This document shows, one piece after another, positions 13,020 to 24,885 of a stretch of 64,000 nucleotides of DNA (position 1 is its first letter; each line of letters starts with the position of its first letter). Source of the DNA: Vicugna vicugna (lineage: Eukaryota); contig MU058636.1 in the NCBI GenBank assembly GCA_013265495.1, positions 186,001 to 250,000 on the forward strand, given 5' to 3'. The notes under the pieces are model-generated. The model did no database searches, was not told where the DNA came from, and worked only from the letters and a program-made list of their open reading frames with translations. Position numbers and translations under genes: made by a program.

Positions 13020-13130
13020 CTTTTACAGATGAGGGCAGAAGTGAAGGTGATTTGCCCAAAGCTGTGTAAGCACCAAGAGGTGACGCCAAGACTCGCCGCA
13101 GAGTCCCAGGTGTCATTCTGGTGAAATCCT
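13020..13130 (-). mobile_element. MIR SINE fragment
   Basis: ttttacagatgagggcagaagtgaaggtgatttgcccaaagc MIR core. Confidence 0.65.
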
Positions 13131-14460
13131 TCTGACACATGGTCAGGTGGAGGGCACTTTGAGCCCAGTGTCCCTTCCAAGTCTAATGCCACTGCCGTCT
13201 GTGCTGTGATGTCCTGAGAAGGCAGAGGGAGATCAGGCCACCGTGGCCAGGGGGACGTTTTCTCTCCCATAGACGTGAGGACTTGATTCCAGGACACCGC
13301 TCCTCGCGAGCAGCACCAGCGAGCAGCTCTCCCTCCTGCTGTGCAGCCTCCTTCCGTGCACTTGTGACTGAACCGTCTGCGCTAGCCCTTGTTAGATGTG
13401 ATGAGTGCACGTGTTGAAATAACCCATTGAGAAGCGTTTGGAAACCACCACTTTGAGACGCTTTAGTGCTGAGCGTGTGTGGGCTCAGTTAGGTTTTCTA
13501 GGTCTACCTGGGTGTTCTGTGTGCGTGTGACTTTCACTGCAGTGTCTGATACAGTTAAGCTCACACTTACACATGAATAAAATTGAACATGTCGTTGAAA
13601 GTCATCCCTATGTTGATGATATATATTTAAAGATCTACTTTGCATTTTTGCACATCAGTATTTCGCCCCAATAGCTGACCAATCAGTCTACTGCCTATGA
13701 ACAGCCAGATGTCCCTTTAAGGCTTGTCGCAGCCCCCCTTCCTCTCCATCGTGAAGCGACCGTCGGGACCTCTTTAAGCTCTAAGTCAGTTCTGTTCCCA
13801 GTCCCACCTTCACACCTACTTGCAGAAATACTAACAGCTTCTGACTCGGCCTTCCCTCCCGTGAGCTTAAAGTTTAACTTTCTTGTTTTGCTGAGTCAGT
13901 TACTGTCCCATTCCAATTTCTAAAATTTGAGTCTTAGGCCACTTTTAAAACTTTAATCTTTTTATGATAATTTTATTGGAAAATCATTGAAGTTTTATTT
14001 TCTAGAAGTTCTAATTGGTCCTTTCGAAAGTCCGCCCGGGTGCGCGTTGGTGACCTTAGCCCTCGCTGGCCCTTCTCCTTTGCGCGTCGTGCCGCCTGCT
14101 CACATGTGTCGCTGCGAAGTGCAGTACCCAAAGGCAGTGGCGTCTGAGTCTGTGACTTGTATTTTGGCTTTTTCCCCACGACTTTTGTTCAGTGTGACTT
14201 GTCTTTGCCCTTGTGTTTTTGTAATTTCTCTGTGAGCTCGTCTTTGATAGGAATCTACCTTCAGGGATTCTTGGAGGCTGCAGGCGTGGTCCTCCAGAGA
14301 GGACCTGCGTTTGCTTCTGCCAGGCCCAGCCCACGTCAGTGTGGGCCTCACCCTGAGGGATTTTTGGACCATGTGTGTGACGCGGCTTGAAACCATAGTC
14401 CTTTCTGAGAGTCAGTGCTAAGGAATGAATTCTCGGAGCAGAATTTCCTTTCACTCAGCC

Positions 14461-15739
14461 CTGATTTTTAAAAATCAGATCTGTCCTAAAATTCCAAATC
14501 TGAGAAGTCAGTGGACAGGTCTACAGCAGGCAAGTTCACGTTGCCAGATACTTACCTACCTGTCTGTCTGTCTGTGTCCGTCTGCCTATCCGTTTATTTA
14601 TTTTTGGTCGTAGTGCTGAGAAGGGGCTTGGCAGACTGTCGCCTGTGGGCCAGACCCAGGCCACCTCCTGCTTTGTAGCTAAGGCTTCGCTGGGGCGCAC
14701 CCAGGCCGGTCTGGTCACCCACTGTCTGTGGCCGCTTCTGCCTCTGCTCCGTGCAGAGCTGAGTAGTTGGGACCGCATGGCCTGTAAATCTTAAAATGAT
14801 CACTATTTTTCTGGCCCACTGAACTCAAAATACAGTGGCTTAAACAACATTGTTTCTTTCTCTTTCACACCGATGGTCAGAAAGCCATCCAGAGTTGCCG
14901 GGGTGGCTCAGGGCCCAGACCCCTGACGGTGTGGTTCTGCCCTCCTGACAGGGATGGTTCTGGTCCAGCTCATGAGGAAGGGAAAGCGTGGAAAGGAGGG
15001 GATCTTCTCCTCAGAGGGGGCACTGGAAGCTGGGTACGTCAACTCCTGCTCACATCACTGTCCAGAACCTAGTCACAGAGCGAGTGGCAGGGGAGGCTGG
15101 GATGTCCCCTAGGGGTGGTCACACACTCCCCTCAAGCTCCTGTCGGTAGGAATTGAGAGGAGGGTTCCTGGGCTGGGCTCCCGGGGCTCGGCTCGTCCCT
15201 GAAGAGCTGCTGAGACCTGTGGGGCACTGGCCACTTCCAGCCCCAGGGCCCCCCTTCCTCAAGCGTTCACTTCATCTTTGGCTTCTGAGATTTTACGTTA
15301 CTTTTTTGCTAGCTCAGCCGTGAGTTTAAAAGGTGTTTAAAAATTATACCCATCATTTTCAGCCATTTTGTATCTTTGAAGATCCAATCCAAACAGGGTT
15401 TTAAGTAGAGGGCCTTGGCTTAATTCTTACGGGCTTGCTTCTGTTGACTCTCTTACTCCTGGTTTGGGTATAAGCTGCCCCAGACTGCCTCTCAGTAGTG
15501 GTTCCGTTCTCGCCTGTCCGTGGTCTAGTTCACATCATCCTTTCTTCAGTTGTCCTTCACTTGGCTCTTCTTTTCAGTCTGTTTCTGGTGTTGCTCTTTA
15601 TTTTTAGCTCCTGTGACTTTATGTTCAGAGGCTGCAGCCAAGAGGTCTGTAGCTTGGTCTGTCCAGTCCACAGAATGCTGATTTTTAAAAACCAGATCTG
15701 TCCTAAAATTCCAAATCTGAGAATTCAGTGGACAGGTCT
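14461..15739 (+). repeat. 62-bp dispersed direct repeat (14461-14522 and 15678-15739), 60/62 identical
   Basis: ctgatttttaaaaa(t/c)cagatctgtcctaaaattccaaatctgagaa(g/t)tcagtggacaggtct seen at both positions. Confidence 0.95.
14810..15130 (-). mobile_element. MaLR (MLT1-like) LTR remnant
   Basis: ctcaaaatacagtggcttaaacaac ... ctgctcacatcactgtccagaacctagtcac ... ggaggctgggatgt, typical of MLT1. Confidence 0.6.
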
Positions 15740-16719
15740 GGCAGCAGTGCTGGGGCCTCCCCTCCTGCTCAGGGAGCTGCCCCTTTCAGTGTCACTCACC
15801 GTCCAGTTTGCCCCACTCCCCACCCCTCCCTAGTGTGTCTCACACTCATGTCCCTCCACTTGTTGAATCACCTGCCACACCAATTTAATGACTTTCTCTG
15901 TTTCATGTTGGCTTGTCTGTTCCCTTGCCCACCTTCAGCTATCACAGGGGGCCTCTCCACCCGCCTAGTGCAGGAGACGGGGGTAGGGTAGGTATCTTCT
16001 CCGTTTCACAGTAGGGAAGCCAGCTCACACCCAGCAGGCCTCTGGCCTTCCCCGTTCACACGCTGTCAGTTACACGTCGCAGGAAGACGGACTCACTGCG
16101 TGGTAAGTTTCTCGATGCTGGGAAAACCTCTGGTGATCAGCCACTCTGAAAGCGGGGAACCTGAAGCCAGCTGTGCAGAGCGGTGCAGCTGACAGCAGGG
16201 GGTGGGAGGGGCCAGTTCCTTCCCGGCCTGGGGCCAGTTATAAATGTCTCACAATCACGCCACACACAGCGTGCTTCCTGACCTGTTACTTCATGTCAGC
16301 GTTCTCTAATGGGACTTGTTTTCTGTGTTTCACTCTTTTGTTTCAGTACATTCATAACGAAGAGTGATTCTTTCCAGGCATCGTTTACATCATCCGTATT
16401 AGCTGAACCAGAGGACTGGTCTAAAGAGCAAGTTTTTAAAAATAATGTAGGCAAAGACAGTCATGTGCTGGGCATTCCTTCTGGTCTCAAAGAGAATTCC
16501 CTCTGCCCCACAATACTGTGTTTCATTTGCAGTTGGTTTAGAATCAGTGATTCTCCGCCTTTTAAATCCTATGCTCCCTGATAATAACAAACGTATTGCT
16601 GAACACCTGCCACCAGCCACCCAGGAGTGGGAGTGTTCAGTAAGTCGTTCTGCCTCGGTTCAGAATTAGTGCTTTGATATGTGCTGTCCAGAGTGGGGGT
16701 CACTAGCCATATCTGCCTC

Positions 16720-17050
16720 TGATACCAAGCAGGACCCTGTGGGCCCCCCACCACCCCTGGCCTTTGTTCATAGAAAAGCCGAAGTCTCCCCGCCTCCCTG
16801 AGTCACAGAAGAGCAGCTCCAGCAGCTGGTGAGGACTCTGACCACCTATCTCAACAGTTACTGAGATCACTCCCCTATTTCCCTTTTAAACTTTCCGGGC
16901 TGAACAGAAACTTAGAGTTTTTTGTGGGGGGGGATTCTAGGTCCACCAGATTGCAGGCATTTTGATTAAAAGGCAACTTTCCTTTTTGTTACCAAGGCTG
17001 TTGCCCCCGGGATCATACCCCTGCCCCTCCCTCAGATAGAAACCAATATC
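16720..17050 (+). mobile_element. ERV1-like solo LTR (cetartiodactyl type), 3' boundary approximate
   Basis: Starts TGataccaagcaggaccctgtggg. Contains a TATA-like cttttaaa and a poly(A)-like attaaa (gattaaaaggcaactttcc). Confidence 0.6.
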
Positions 17051-17053
17051 TAA

Positions 17054-17514
17054 GTGTCAGGAGGCAGCTGCAGAGAAGAAACAAGAATGGTTAGAACCGA
17101 CAGAGTCCAAGATGGTGGAGGACTTGACTTCCAGTGACCTTGAGCCTCATTATACGCTCATTGTAATGCATTATCTGCTAAATGACACCCCCACCAGGAC
17201 CATGACAGATGGGATCGCCATGACAACAGCCAGAAAAGTCCATACAAGGACTGATTGGCTCCATCACACCTAGAAGGAGGACTTGATGGTGGAAGCCTCC
17301 CATAAAAGTCCACGGGGCCCAACCCAGGCCGGGGCTGTCCCTGCTGCCCAGTTTGGCTGACGGCTTCCCTCTCCAGCAGTTCCTTCCCTTTCCCCCTCTA
17401 ACAGTAAAGCGACTGTTCATGTCGTCCCTCTGCTTCTGTTGTGTGAATCCTTTCACAGCAAGGACTCCCACTTTGGCGGGCTTCCTCATTTAGGGGGCCC
17501 TTCTGTCTGCTAAC
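17054..17514 (+). mobile_element. ERV1 (MER41-like) solo LTR
   Basis: TGtcagg...gagtccaagatgg...cctcattatacgctcattgtaatgc...atgacacccccaccaggaccatgacag...ccatgacaac...agtaaag...ctaaCA. Confidence 0.7.
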
Positions 17515-18089
17515 AGCTACTGAGCACATGAAATATGGCTAATGTGACTGAAAAACTGAATTTACAGTTCTTTTGAATCAATCTAAAATTTTGAAACTGA
17601 CATTCGATTCAAAAACGGGGTATGTGTGTGGAACAACTTGGATCTATGAGCCTACTTTTTCAATTGTAAATTTTATGAAATCTAGATGCGAACCAAGTAG
17701 TTCTAAGGTAAATTTAGCATCCAAATTGAGAAGCATTTAGGTATAAAATTCACTCTGGATTTCAAAGACTTAGTATGAAAAAGTGTAAAATATTTCATTA
17801 ATATTTGTATATTGGTTTTGTGTTGAAATAATACTACACTAAGTTAAATAAAACAGTATTCAAGTTACTTTCACACATGTCTTTTACTTGTTTTAACATG
17901 GCTAGTAGAACATTTTAAATTACATATGTGACTTTCTATGTGTTGGGCAGTGCTGGTTTAGATGATACTAACCATGGTCCTAGGACCACAAATGGCTTCT
18001 CGTACACCTAAAAGAGAAGTAAGTTGCAGATGTTTGATTTACTTCTTTTAAAAAAGCTCTAGGTCAGTTGTTGGAACAGCCTCCTGCCT

Positions 18090-18590
18090 GGTTCATTGTC
18101 TGCTTTCATCGTCTCTCCCCTCACCCATCATCAGAATTCCTGGGGATCTTCTCAAAGTGCAAACAGGATTGTGTGAAGCCATACATGCTCTTTGGTGCTT
18201 TTCGTTCCAATCTCTTTAGCATAAAATACAAGGCCCCCCACAGTGTGGCCTCCACGTCCACCAACCCGGTGGGACACCCTCACTCCAGGACCCTTCTAGA
18301 ACGCCATGTTCCTTACACCCCTTTGTGCAGTGTTGCTTCTTTGGTCTGGGGTAAATGCTGGCCTTTCGGCGCCATCTTTCCTCACACCCCGCCCCAGCGC
18401 TCTTCACTCTGCTCCGACGGGGCTTATGGCGCAGGCTCACCACGCCGTAGTTTTGTTGCCTGATGCTCCCATTGTCTCCCACATTAGACCAAGTAATGCT
18501 GGAACAGGAGTCCTGTCTTGTTTGTTTTGTTTGTTTTTGTGTCATCAACACCCAGCATCTAACTGGGCTTCATAAATACGTCTGAATTAA
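18090..18590 (+). mobile_element. L2 LINE 3' fragment
   Basis: L2-like body (cagcctcctgcctgg, aaagtgcaaacaggattgtgt, gcataaaatacaag) and 3' end (caggagtcctgtcttgttt...cataaatacgtctgaat). Confidence 0.6.
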
Positions 18591-19314
18591 TTAGTGGGGG
18601 AAAGTGTTCGTTAACTCAGTGACCCAGCGCTGACCTTTCTCCATCCAGCTGTTGGATCCGTGCTGCCGCAGTGGGATTTCTGCTCCACCGCCTCGCAGGT
18701 GTATGACCTCGGCCAAGTTGTGCCCTGTAGTAAAACAGAGAGAGTGCTACCTATGTTTCAGGTTGATTGTGCAGGTTAAAAACAGCTAACATATGTAAGG
18801 TGCTTAAGTATGTGCCCAGTGTAAGCTAAGCACCCAGTAAATACTCACGATGATTGTCATAATTCAGTCTGAACGATTTTTCTTCTTCTCTCAGGCAGCA
18901 AATCGCAGATTCTAACTGGATTTTGCAAATCCACTGTTAAAGAAACCAATGAAATAGGAAGAAAAATCCATTTCTGAGCAGGCACTGAACCCACAAATAT
19001 CTACTCTGCAAGGAGCTTATGATGATCATTTTGTGAATCTCATTATTTAAGAACAGAACTGTATGTCATACGGTGAGTTTGGTCAAGAGTTTTAGAATTC
19101 AGGAAAGAAAACTTGCCCCCGGTGTTTAAGGACAATCTAATGGATCATAGACCAGATACTGGGAGTGTTTAAAGCAGCTGTATGCAGGCCACTAGTCCAG
19201 TGTTTAGAAAGAGTTGTGAAAAATTCACCAATGGAACAGGGAAAGTTGATACAAAATACAAAGCAGCCAAGTGGAGTGAATTAAATGTTTACTAACTTTA
19301 AATATGCAACTTAT

Positions 19315-19570
19315 TCTTTTTAAAAAACAGCTTTTTTGAGATATAATTTACATAGCATACATTGAATGAAGAGTACATTCAGTGGTTTTTAGTGTATTCA
19401 CAAAGTTGTGCAATATCACAATCTGATTCTAGAACATTTTTGCTGCCCCCAAAAGAAATCACATACACATTAGCAGAAGCTCCCCACTTTCCATCACCAC
19501 CACCCCAAGTCCTAGGGTCAACAATGTTGACCATCTTTTCATATGTTCATTGGCCATTTGTATGTTATGC
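19315..19570 (-). mobile_element. L1MB-like 3' end fragment
   Basis: aacagcttttttgagatataatttacatagcatac...tagtgtattcacaaagttgtgcaa...tctagaacatttt...ccccaaaagaaa. Confidence 0.75.
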
Positions 19571-19589
19571 AAGCTATTCCTATGTTTAT

Positions 19590-20700
19590 TCTATTATCAA
19601 ATGTTTGTTGAGCAGCTATTATGTGCCAGACATCATTCTACCCGTTGGAATAGGTAAGTGAACACATCAAGCAAAAATCCCAGCTCTCATGGAACGTATA
19701 TTCTAGTTGGGGGATATAGATGCTTTATAAAATAAGTCAATATAGAGAATTTGGGGTGGTGATATATGTCACAGAAAGAAATTAAGTAGGAAAAAGGAAT
19801 AGAGACAGCTGGGGGAGAGGCTTGTGATTTTAAATTAAGTAGCTGGAGGAGGCCTCACCAAAGAGGTGATGTTTGAGTAAAGAGAGGAGGTGATAATGGA
19901 AAGAACTGTGCAGGGACATGAGCAAAAGTCTCAAGGCAAAAGGATTCAGGGGCTCATTCATAAAGAGCATCCGTGTGGCTGGCAGAGAGGGAGGGGAGTA
20001 GGAACAGGTGAGAAGATTATGGAGTTAACGTGAGATCACATGAGGCCATTATAAGGCCTCTGGCTTTTGCTGTGAGGTCCTAAGTCTGGAGAATTCGTAG
20101 AGGAGTGACACGACCCGACCCCCGCCTTAACAGGATGTTTGGAGGTGTGTGCTCGCACACACAGGTGCAGGGGTGTTGATCCCCACAATGAGGGGGACCA
20201 GGAATGCTGAACATTTTGCAGCAGAGTGACCTTCCACACGTGTCAGTAGAAGCCCTGCTGTAACACACTGGGGCGAGGAGGAAACAGGAGATGAGCTGAG
20301 AGGTATTCCCGCCGTCCAGCTGAGACACGAGCACGACCTGGATCACACTGGGGCAGCGCAGGTGACAAACCCCAGATTTATTTTCAAGTCAGAGTCGACA
20401 GGACTTGCTAATCAAGGACGATGTACAGGATGTTGGTCTGCACATGGGGAAAATGGAGTGGGCCAGTGGGGAAGGAGGCGGCGGGGAGGGGTGGAGGAGC
20501 CATGGGTACCGGCAGGCGCCCGAAGCTGGAGATGCCATTAGACATACACGCGGGCAGGTTAGACAGCCGGCCAGAAACCCACGTCCGCAGCTGAAAAGAG
20601 AAGCCTGAGTGGTGACGTGAACTTGGGAGCCTTGATCTCAGGCCAGATGATCAACCAAGGAGTGAGGGAGGATGGGGTACTCCACCGTAAAGTGAGTACA
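19590..20700 (-). mobile_element. L2 LINE
   Basis: caaatgtttgttgagcagctattatgtgccagaca...ctctcatggaacgtatattctagttgggg...gaggtgatgtttgagtaaaga, reverse-strand L2. Confidence 0.8.
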
Positions 20701-21619
20701 GTGAGGGGGAGGAGAAAGAGGCGGGAATCCCTGGTCACCTGGAGTGATGAGCGAGAGTGGTCCCAGGAGAGTGGAGAACCTTCCAGTCTGGGTTATGTTC
20801 TCTTCCCCTGAGAGCCCATCCCTCCCGCTGATACGAACATCAACTCCAGACAGAACACAAAAACAGCCACTTCAGGATTTTTTGAAAGTCTGCGACAGAA
20901 GGCAGATTGCAGAACAGAGACCAGTTTCTCTTTTCTTTTTAATGCTTTTTTCTCTCAGTGCTTTGCCCCCGGGTAGCTTATCAGTGCATTTCAGTGGCTG
21001 AAACTCCAGACTTTCTGGCCAGAGGAATGAGGTGGAGGAGCCCCTGGGACTCGAGAGAGTGCATGTGCTTGTGTCCTTGGACTCAGGGGAGGAAAAGAAG
21101 GGCAGATCGAAAAGGGGAAAAGGGGGCGGGGTGTGAATAGAAAACAGGGACAGGGATTCCCTCACTCTGTCGATGAACCTGTGGGAGTCTCAGATTAACC
21201 GTGACCCACACATGTGCGGGGCAGACCCAAACCTGGGTAGCAAACACTGCAGGGGCCACCTGAGACCTGAGCCCTGAAGTCACAGCAGAGCTCACGGTCT
21301 GAACCTAGCAGGACACACTCAAACCAAAGCAGCAACACTCCCCAGGGACTCAGGGCAGAACCCAGGGTTTACAGGCAGTACCAGGTTCAGGACACAATGG
21401 AAATTAACGTGAGCCATCCCCAAAGGGAGACACAACCTTGATCACAGGAAACTCCAGATAGGATGAAAATCACAGGTGAAAGACAAAAGCCCCAAAATAA
21501 GAAAATGGGTCACTTAGAAGGTAAGTACAATCTTGAGCTGACGAACGCTTTCTCAGAATGTCGGGAAACCGGGAAAGCGAGGGGCGAAGATCACACAGTT
21601 CGACCAGCTGAACGCTAAG

Positions 21620-22950
21620 CGCAGTCCTGGGGCTGCTGGTTTCCGCCCCCCGGCCTCCCCCCTCGCATGCTGGCCGCTGCGGGTGGCCTGGGTGGCCGCC
21701 CCGTCCGCCCGCGCTCCCGCTCATGCCCGTCCCGGGGCTGCTGCCCGAGTCCGGGCCACCGGGACTCGGCCACACGTGTGAACGCGGACCTGGGGACTAG
21801 GAGACTGACAGGGGCCGGCCCCTGAGAAGGCTGCCCGGGTCCACACCTTGGAGCCCAAGGGCTGGCCCTGCCCCAGGCTCTCCTGCCCCTTCTGCCTTGG
21901 GTTACCTGAGGGCCGGGTCCTCTCAGGGATTCCATTTCTGCGAAGGTAGCGTGGTCTAGGGACCTGTTTGGGGAGGGAAGCGCCGCTGCCTCCCTTCACC
22001 CTACAAAACGCTAAACCAGTCGGAAAAAAAACCTGAAAAATACAATAAATAGAGAATAAAACTGGCCAGTTCACAAAAAGAAAATACCAGTACCCATGAA
22101 CGTATGAAAATGTTTAATCTCTCTAATAATTAAAGCTATGCAAACTAAAAGCGTCAAGTGTTCAGCAGCCGTTACAGGTTTGCGCGGCGGCACAGTGAGC
22201 CCCTCTCGGGCAACGTCTCCTCCGTGCGCATCCCCGTCCCCTTCGCCTCGCCGGCCGTGGGCGTCTGCGTCCTCCAGCTCCCCGCGCCTCGGGCGCCGGG
22301 CTTCCCTCTTCCGCTGAGCCGCCCGCGCGGCACTGTGCCCCGGGCCCCCCGCTCCGCCCCCGGGCCGGCCCTCGTCCTGGGACCGCGCCCTCCGCCGCCT
22401 GCCGCCCACACCTGCTCCCTCCCGGGAGCGTTGCTCCGGGTCCCGTGAGGTAACGGGAAGGGGGGCGCTGCTGGGGATGCCGTGGGTGAGAGAGGGGTGG
22501 GGGCGGTGCGGGCTGGAGGGGGCGGAGGGGCCCAGGAGAGGGAGCGGCCCGAGCGCCCGGGGCAGCGCGGCCCGCAGGGGCGGGTGGAAGGAGGTTTGCC
22601 TGCGCAGGGGAGGCTGTGCCTGCGTCCTCGCACGTGTTTATGGGCGCCAGGAGGCGCGCTCTTTCCCTCCCTCACTCCCTCGCCGGGCCCCTCGGCCCCT
22701 TACGCCGCCTGTCCTCACTGCCTCTCCAGGCTCCGGCAGTCCACTCAGCGAGTGTGGGCCGGAGGGAGCGGCGTGACCGTGTCCACGCGGGCCTGGTTCC
22801 CTCCCTGGTGCCTCGGGGAAGCCGCCCCGGGGACCACCTGTCGGGAGGCGCAGCAGCGCGTGGGGCTCTGCGCACCTGGGCACCTCTGCTTGGCCAGCGG
22901 GCTCTGCGTTGTGTCTGTAAACTCGCACCACCTTCTCCGCAATCCAAGGG
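21620..22950. promoter_or_regulatory. Orphan CpG island (two lobes, ~21620-21900 and ~22180-22950) between NUP58 and the putative ATP8A2 promoter
   Basis: Dense CpG, several GC boxes (ccgccc/gggcgg), candidate donor GAG|GTAACG at 22450. No recognisable protein. Confidence 0.75.
22030..22200 (+). mobile_element. L1M ORF2 3' fragment inside the CpG island
   Basis: ccagttcacaaaaagaaaataccagtacccatgaacgtatgaaaatgtttaatctctctaataattaaagctatgcaaactaaaa corresponds to the L1 ORF2 'FTKEDIQMANKHMKRCSTSLIIREMQIK' region. Confidence 0.7.
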
Positions 22951-23594
22951 CGTATTGGATGGGTTGTCTTCCCAAACTCGGGCATAAATGAAAGGGTGCA
23001 TCTTGCCTGAGTTAGAATTCAGGCTTCTTTTATACTAAAATGGGAGTCGGGGGGAGCCCTGGTTCTGGCCGCTCAGAGGGGACGTTAATTTCTTCCTTCC
23101 TGCAGCTGTTCACGGGGGGCCTGGTCAGGATGTTTCTTGTGAGCTAAACAAAGGTATCTGAGCTTAATGCTCATTACCTGGGAGGCAGGGTGCCCAGAGA
23201 TAGGCCACTATGTATAATTTTAAGCTTACAGGCAACATCCCTGGAGTCAGATTTGTTCCTTCCCTCTCACGCTGGGTCCTGAGGACTGGAGGGGCTGAGC
23301 TCTGGGGCAGCACTCAGATTCTCGGCCTCTTCCCTGAACACGCTGACTCGGTTGTTGGTGGGCCGCATGGGAGGAGGTGGCTCGGGGGTCTGCATTTTTA
23401 ATAAGCTCCGAAGAGATGATTCCGATGGTGGAACCAGAGATTGTTAACCTGGGGGTCCCGCACCTTGAGAGGCAATATGACCCACTGTGGTGAGGGAAGA
23501 ACATATTAGATCATCTTTTCATTAAGTTTTTACAATCTGATATTCCATTTTATGAAAGTTATAAATTCAAAATCCTGGTCCTTCCTTAAAATTT

Positions 23595-24885
23595 TTAACA
23601 GCATTATTGGGGCATAAATTACACATGATAAAATGCACCCATTTTTCATGTAGAGTTCAATGATCTTTAGTGAATTTACAAAGTGCTACAACCATCTGTA
23701 TAATCCAGTTTTAGGACATTTGCATCACCCCAAAAATATCCATGTGCCCAGCTGCAGTCAATCTCCACTTCTACCCCAAGTCCCAGGCAGCCCCGAAGCT
23801 GCTTTTGATCTTTAATAGATTTTACTTTTCAGGAAATTTCATGTAAATGAAATCATACAATATGCTCTTTTACACCTGGTTTCTTTAACTTAGGATTATG
23901 TCAGCGAGTTTCATCCGTGTCATAACATGTGTAAATAGTTACTTCCTTTTCGTTGCTGAATAGTATTCCATGTCAGGACATACTACAGTGTATTTATCCA
24001 TTCACTAGTCCGTGGACATTTCGGTTATTTCCAACTTGGGGCTATTATGAATAATGCTGCTATAAACATTTGTGTACAAGTTTTTGTGTGGATGGATGCT
24101 TTCATTTTTCTTGGTAGATTCCTAAGAGTGAAATTGCTTGGTCATTGGATAAGTTTAACTGTTAAAAAAAACTGTTAAAATGTTTTCCAAAATGGTTGCA
24201 CCATTTTACATTCTCGACAGCAATGTAGGAGGATTTTAATTTCTCCATATCCTCACCAACACTTGTTATTGTCTGTCTTTTTCATTATAGCCACTGTGGT
24301 TGTATTTTGCATTTCCCTAATGGCTAGTGGTGTTGAGAATCTTTTAATGTGATTCTGAGCCATTTGTGTGTCTTCTCTTTGGTCAAATGTCTATTCAAAC
24401 CTGTTGCCTATTTTTAACTTGGGTTGTTTGTCTTATTGGACTGTTCTGTAAGTCCTTTGCCAGATATATGATTTGCAATAAAGGGTGTTTTTCTTTTTTC
24501 TTTTTTGCTGAATGATACTAATTCATTTTCAATTTTTGGCTCAACCTTGTTTTCCAGGAATAAATAACAATTGGTCATGATCTATTTTTTCGTATAAATA
24601 AAGGGTGACTTTCAAAGTGCAAAGACTTTTTTATCTTGATGAAGTCCAGTTCACCATTTCCTCTTTATGGATGTTTTTGTTATCCAAGTGAAGATTTCTT
24701 TACCTAATCCCAAGTCACAAAGATTTTCTTTGTTTTCTTCTAGAAGTTTCATGTTTTTAGTGTTTATATTCTGCTCGATGACCTATTGTTAGTTAATTTT
24801 TTTACATGGTGAGATGTAAGGGTCTAAATTCACCTTTTTGTATGTGGATATCCAAGTGTTCCCGCAGCCTTTGTTAAAAAACATG
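23595..24885 (-). mobile_element. L1MB-like LINE (ORF2 3' end + 3' UTR), AT-rich
   Basis: Canonical antisense L1 text: gctgaatagtattcca, tttatccattcactag, ggggctattatgaataatgctgctataaacatttgtgtacaagtttttgtgtgg, ttgatgaagtccagtt. Confidence 0.92.

Larger units (their letters stand above)
16681..17956 (+). mobile_element. hAT-Charlie (Charlie1b/MER3/MER33-like) DNA transposon interrupted by ERV1-type LTR sequence
   Basis: 5' end gtgctgtcca...cactagccatat (16681-16712) resumes at ~17516 (gctactgagcacatgaaatatggctaatgtgactga) and ends in the inverted terminus ttgggcagtgctg (~17956). Confidence 0.75.

Noticed and set aside
14461..15739. CRISPR-like array or LTR pair from the 62-bp repeats
   Set aside because: Only two copies in eukaryotic DNA, no TG...CA termini, PBS or PPT, and the spacer is a mix of old repeats.
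22071..23001. Stack of overlapping Arg/Gly/Pro/Ala-rich ORFs, or a processed pseudogene
   Set aside because: Typical stop-codon depletion in a CpG island; no recognisable parent protein, poly(A) tail or TSD.
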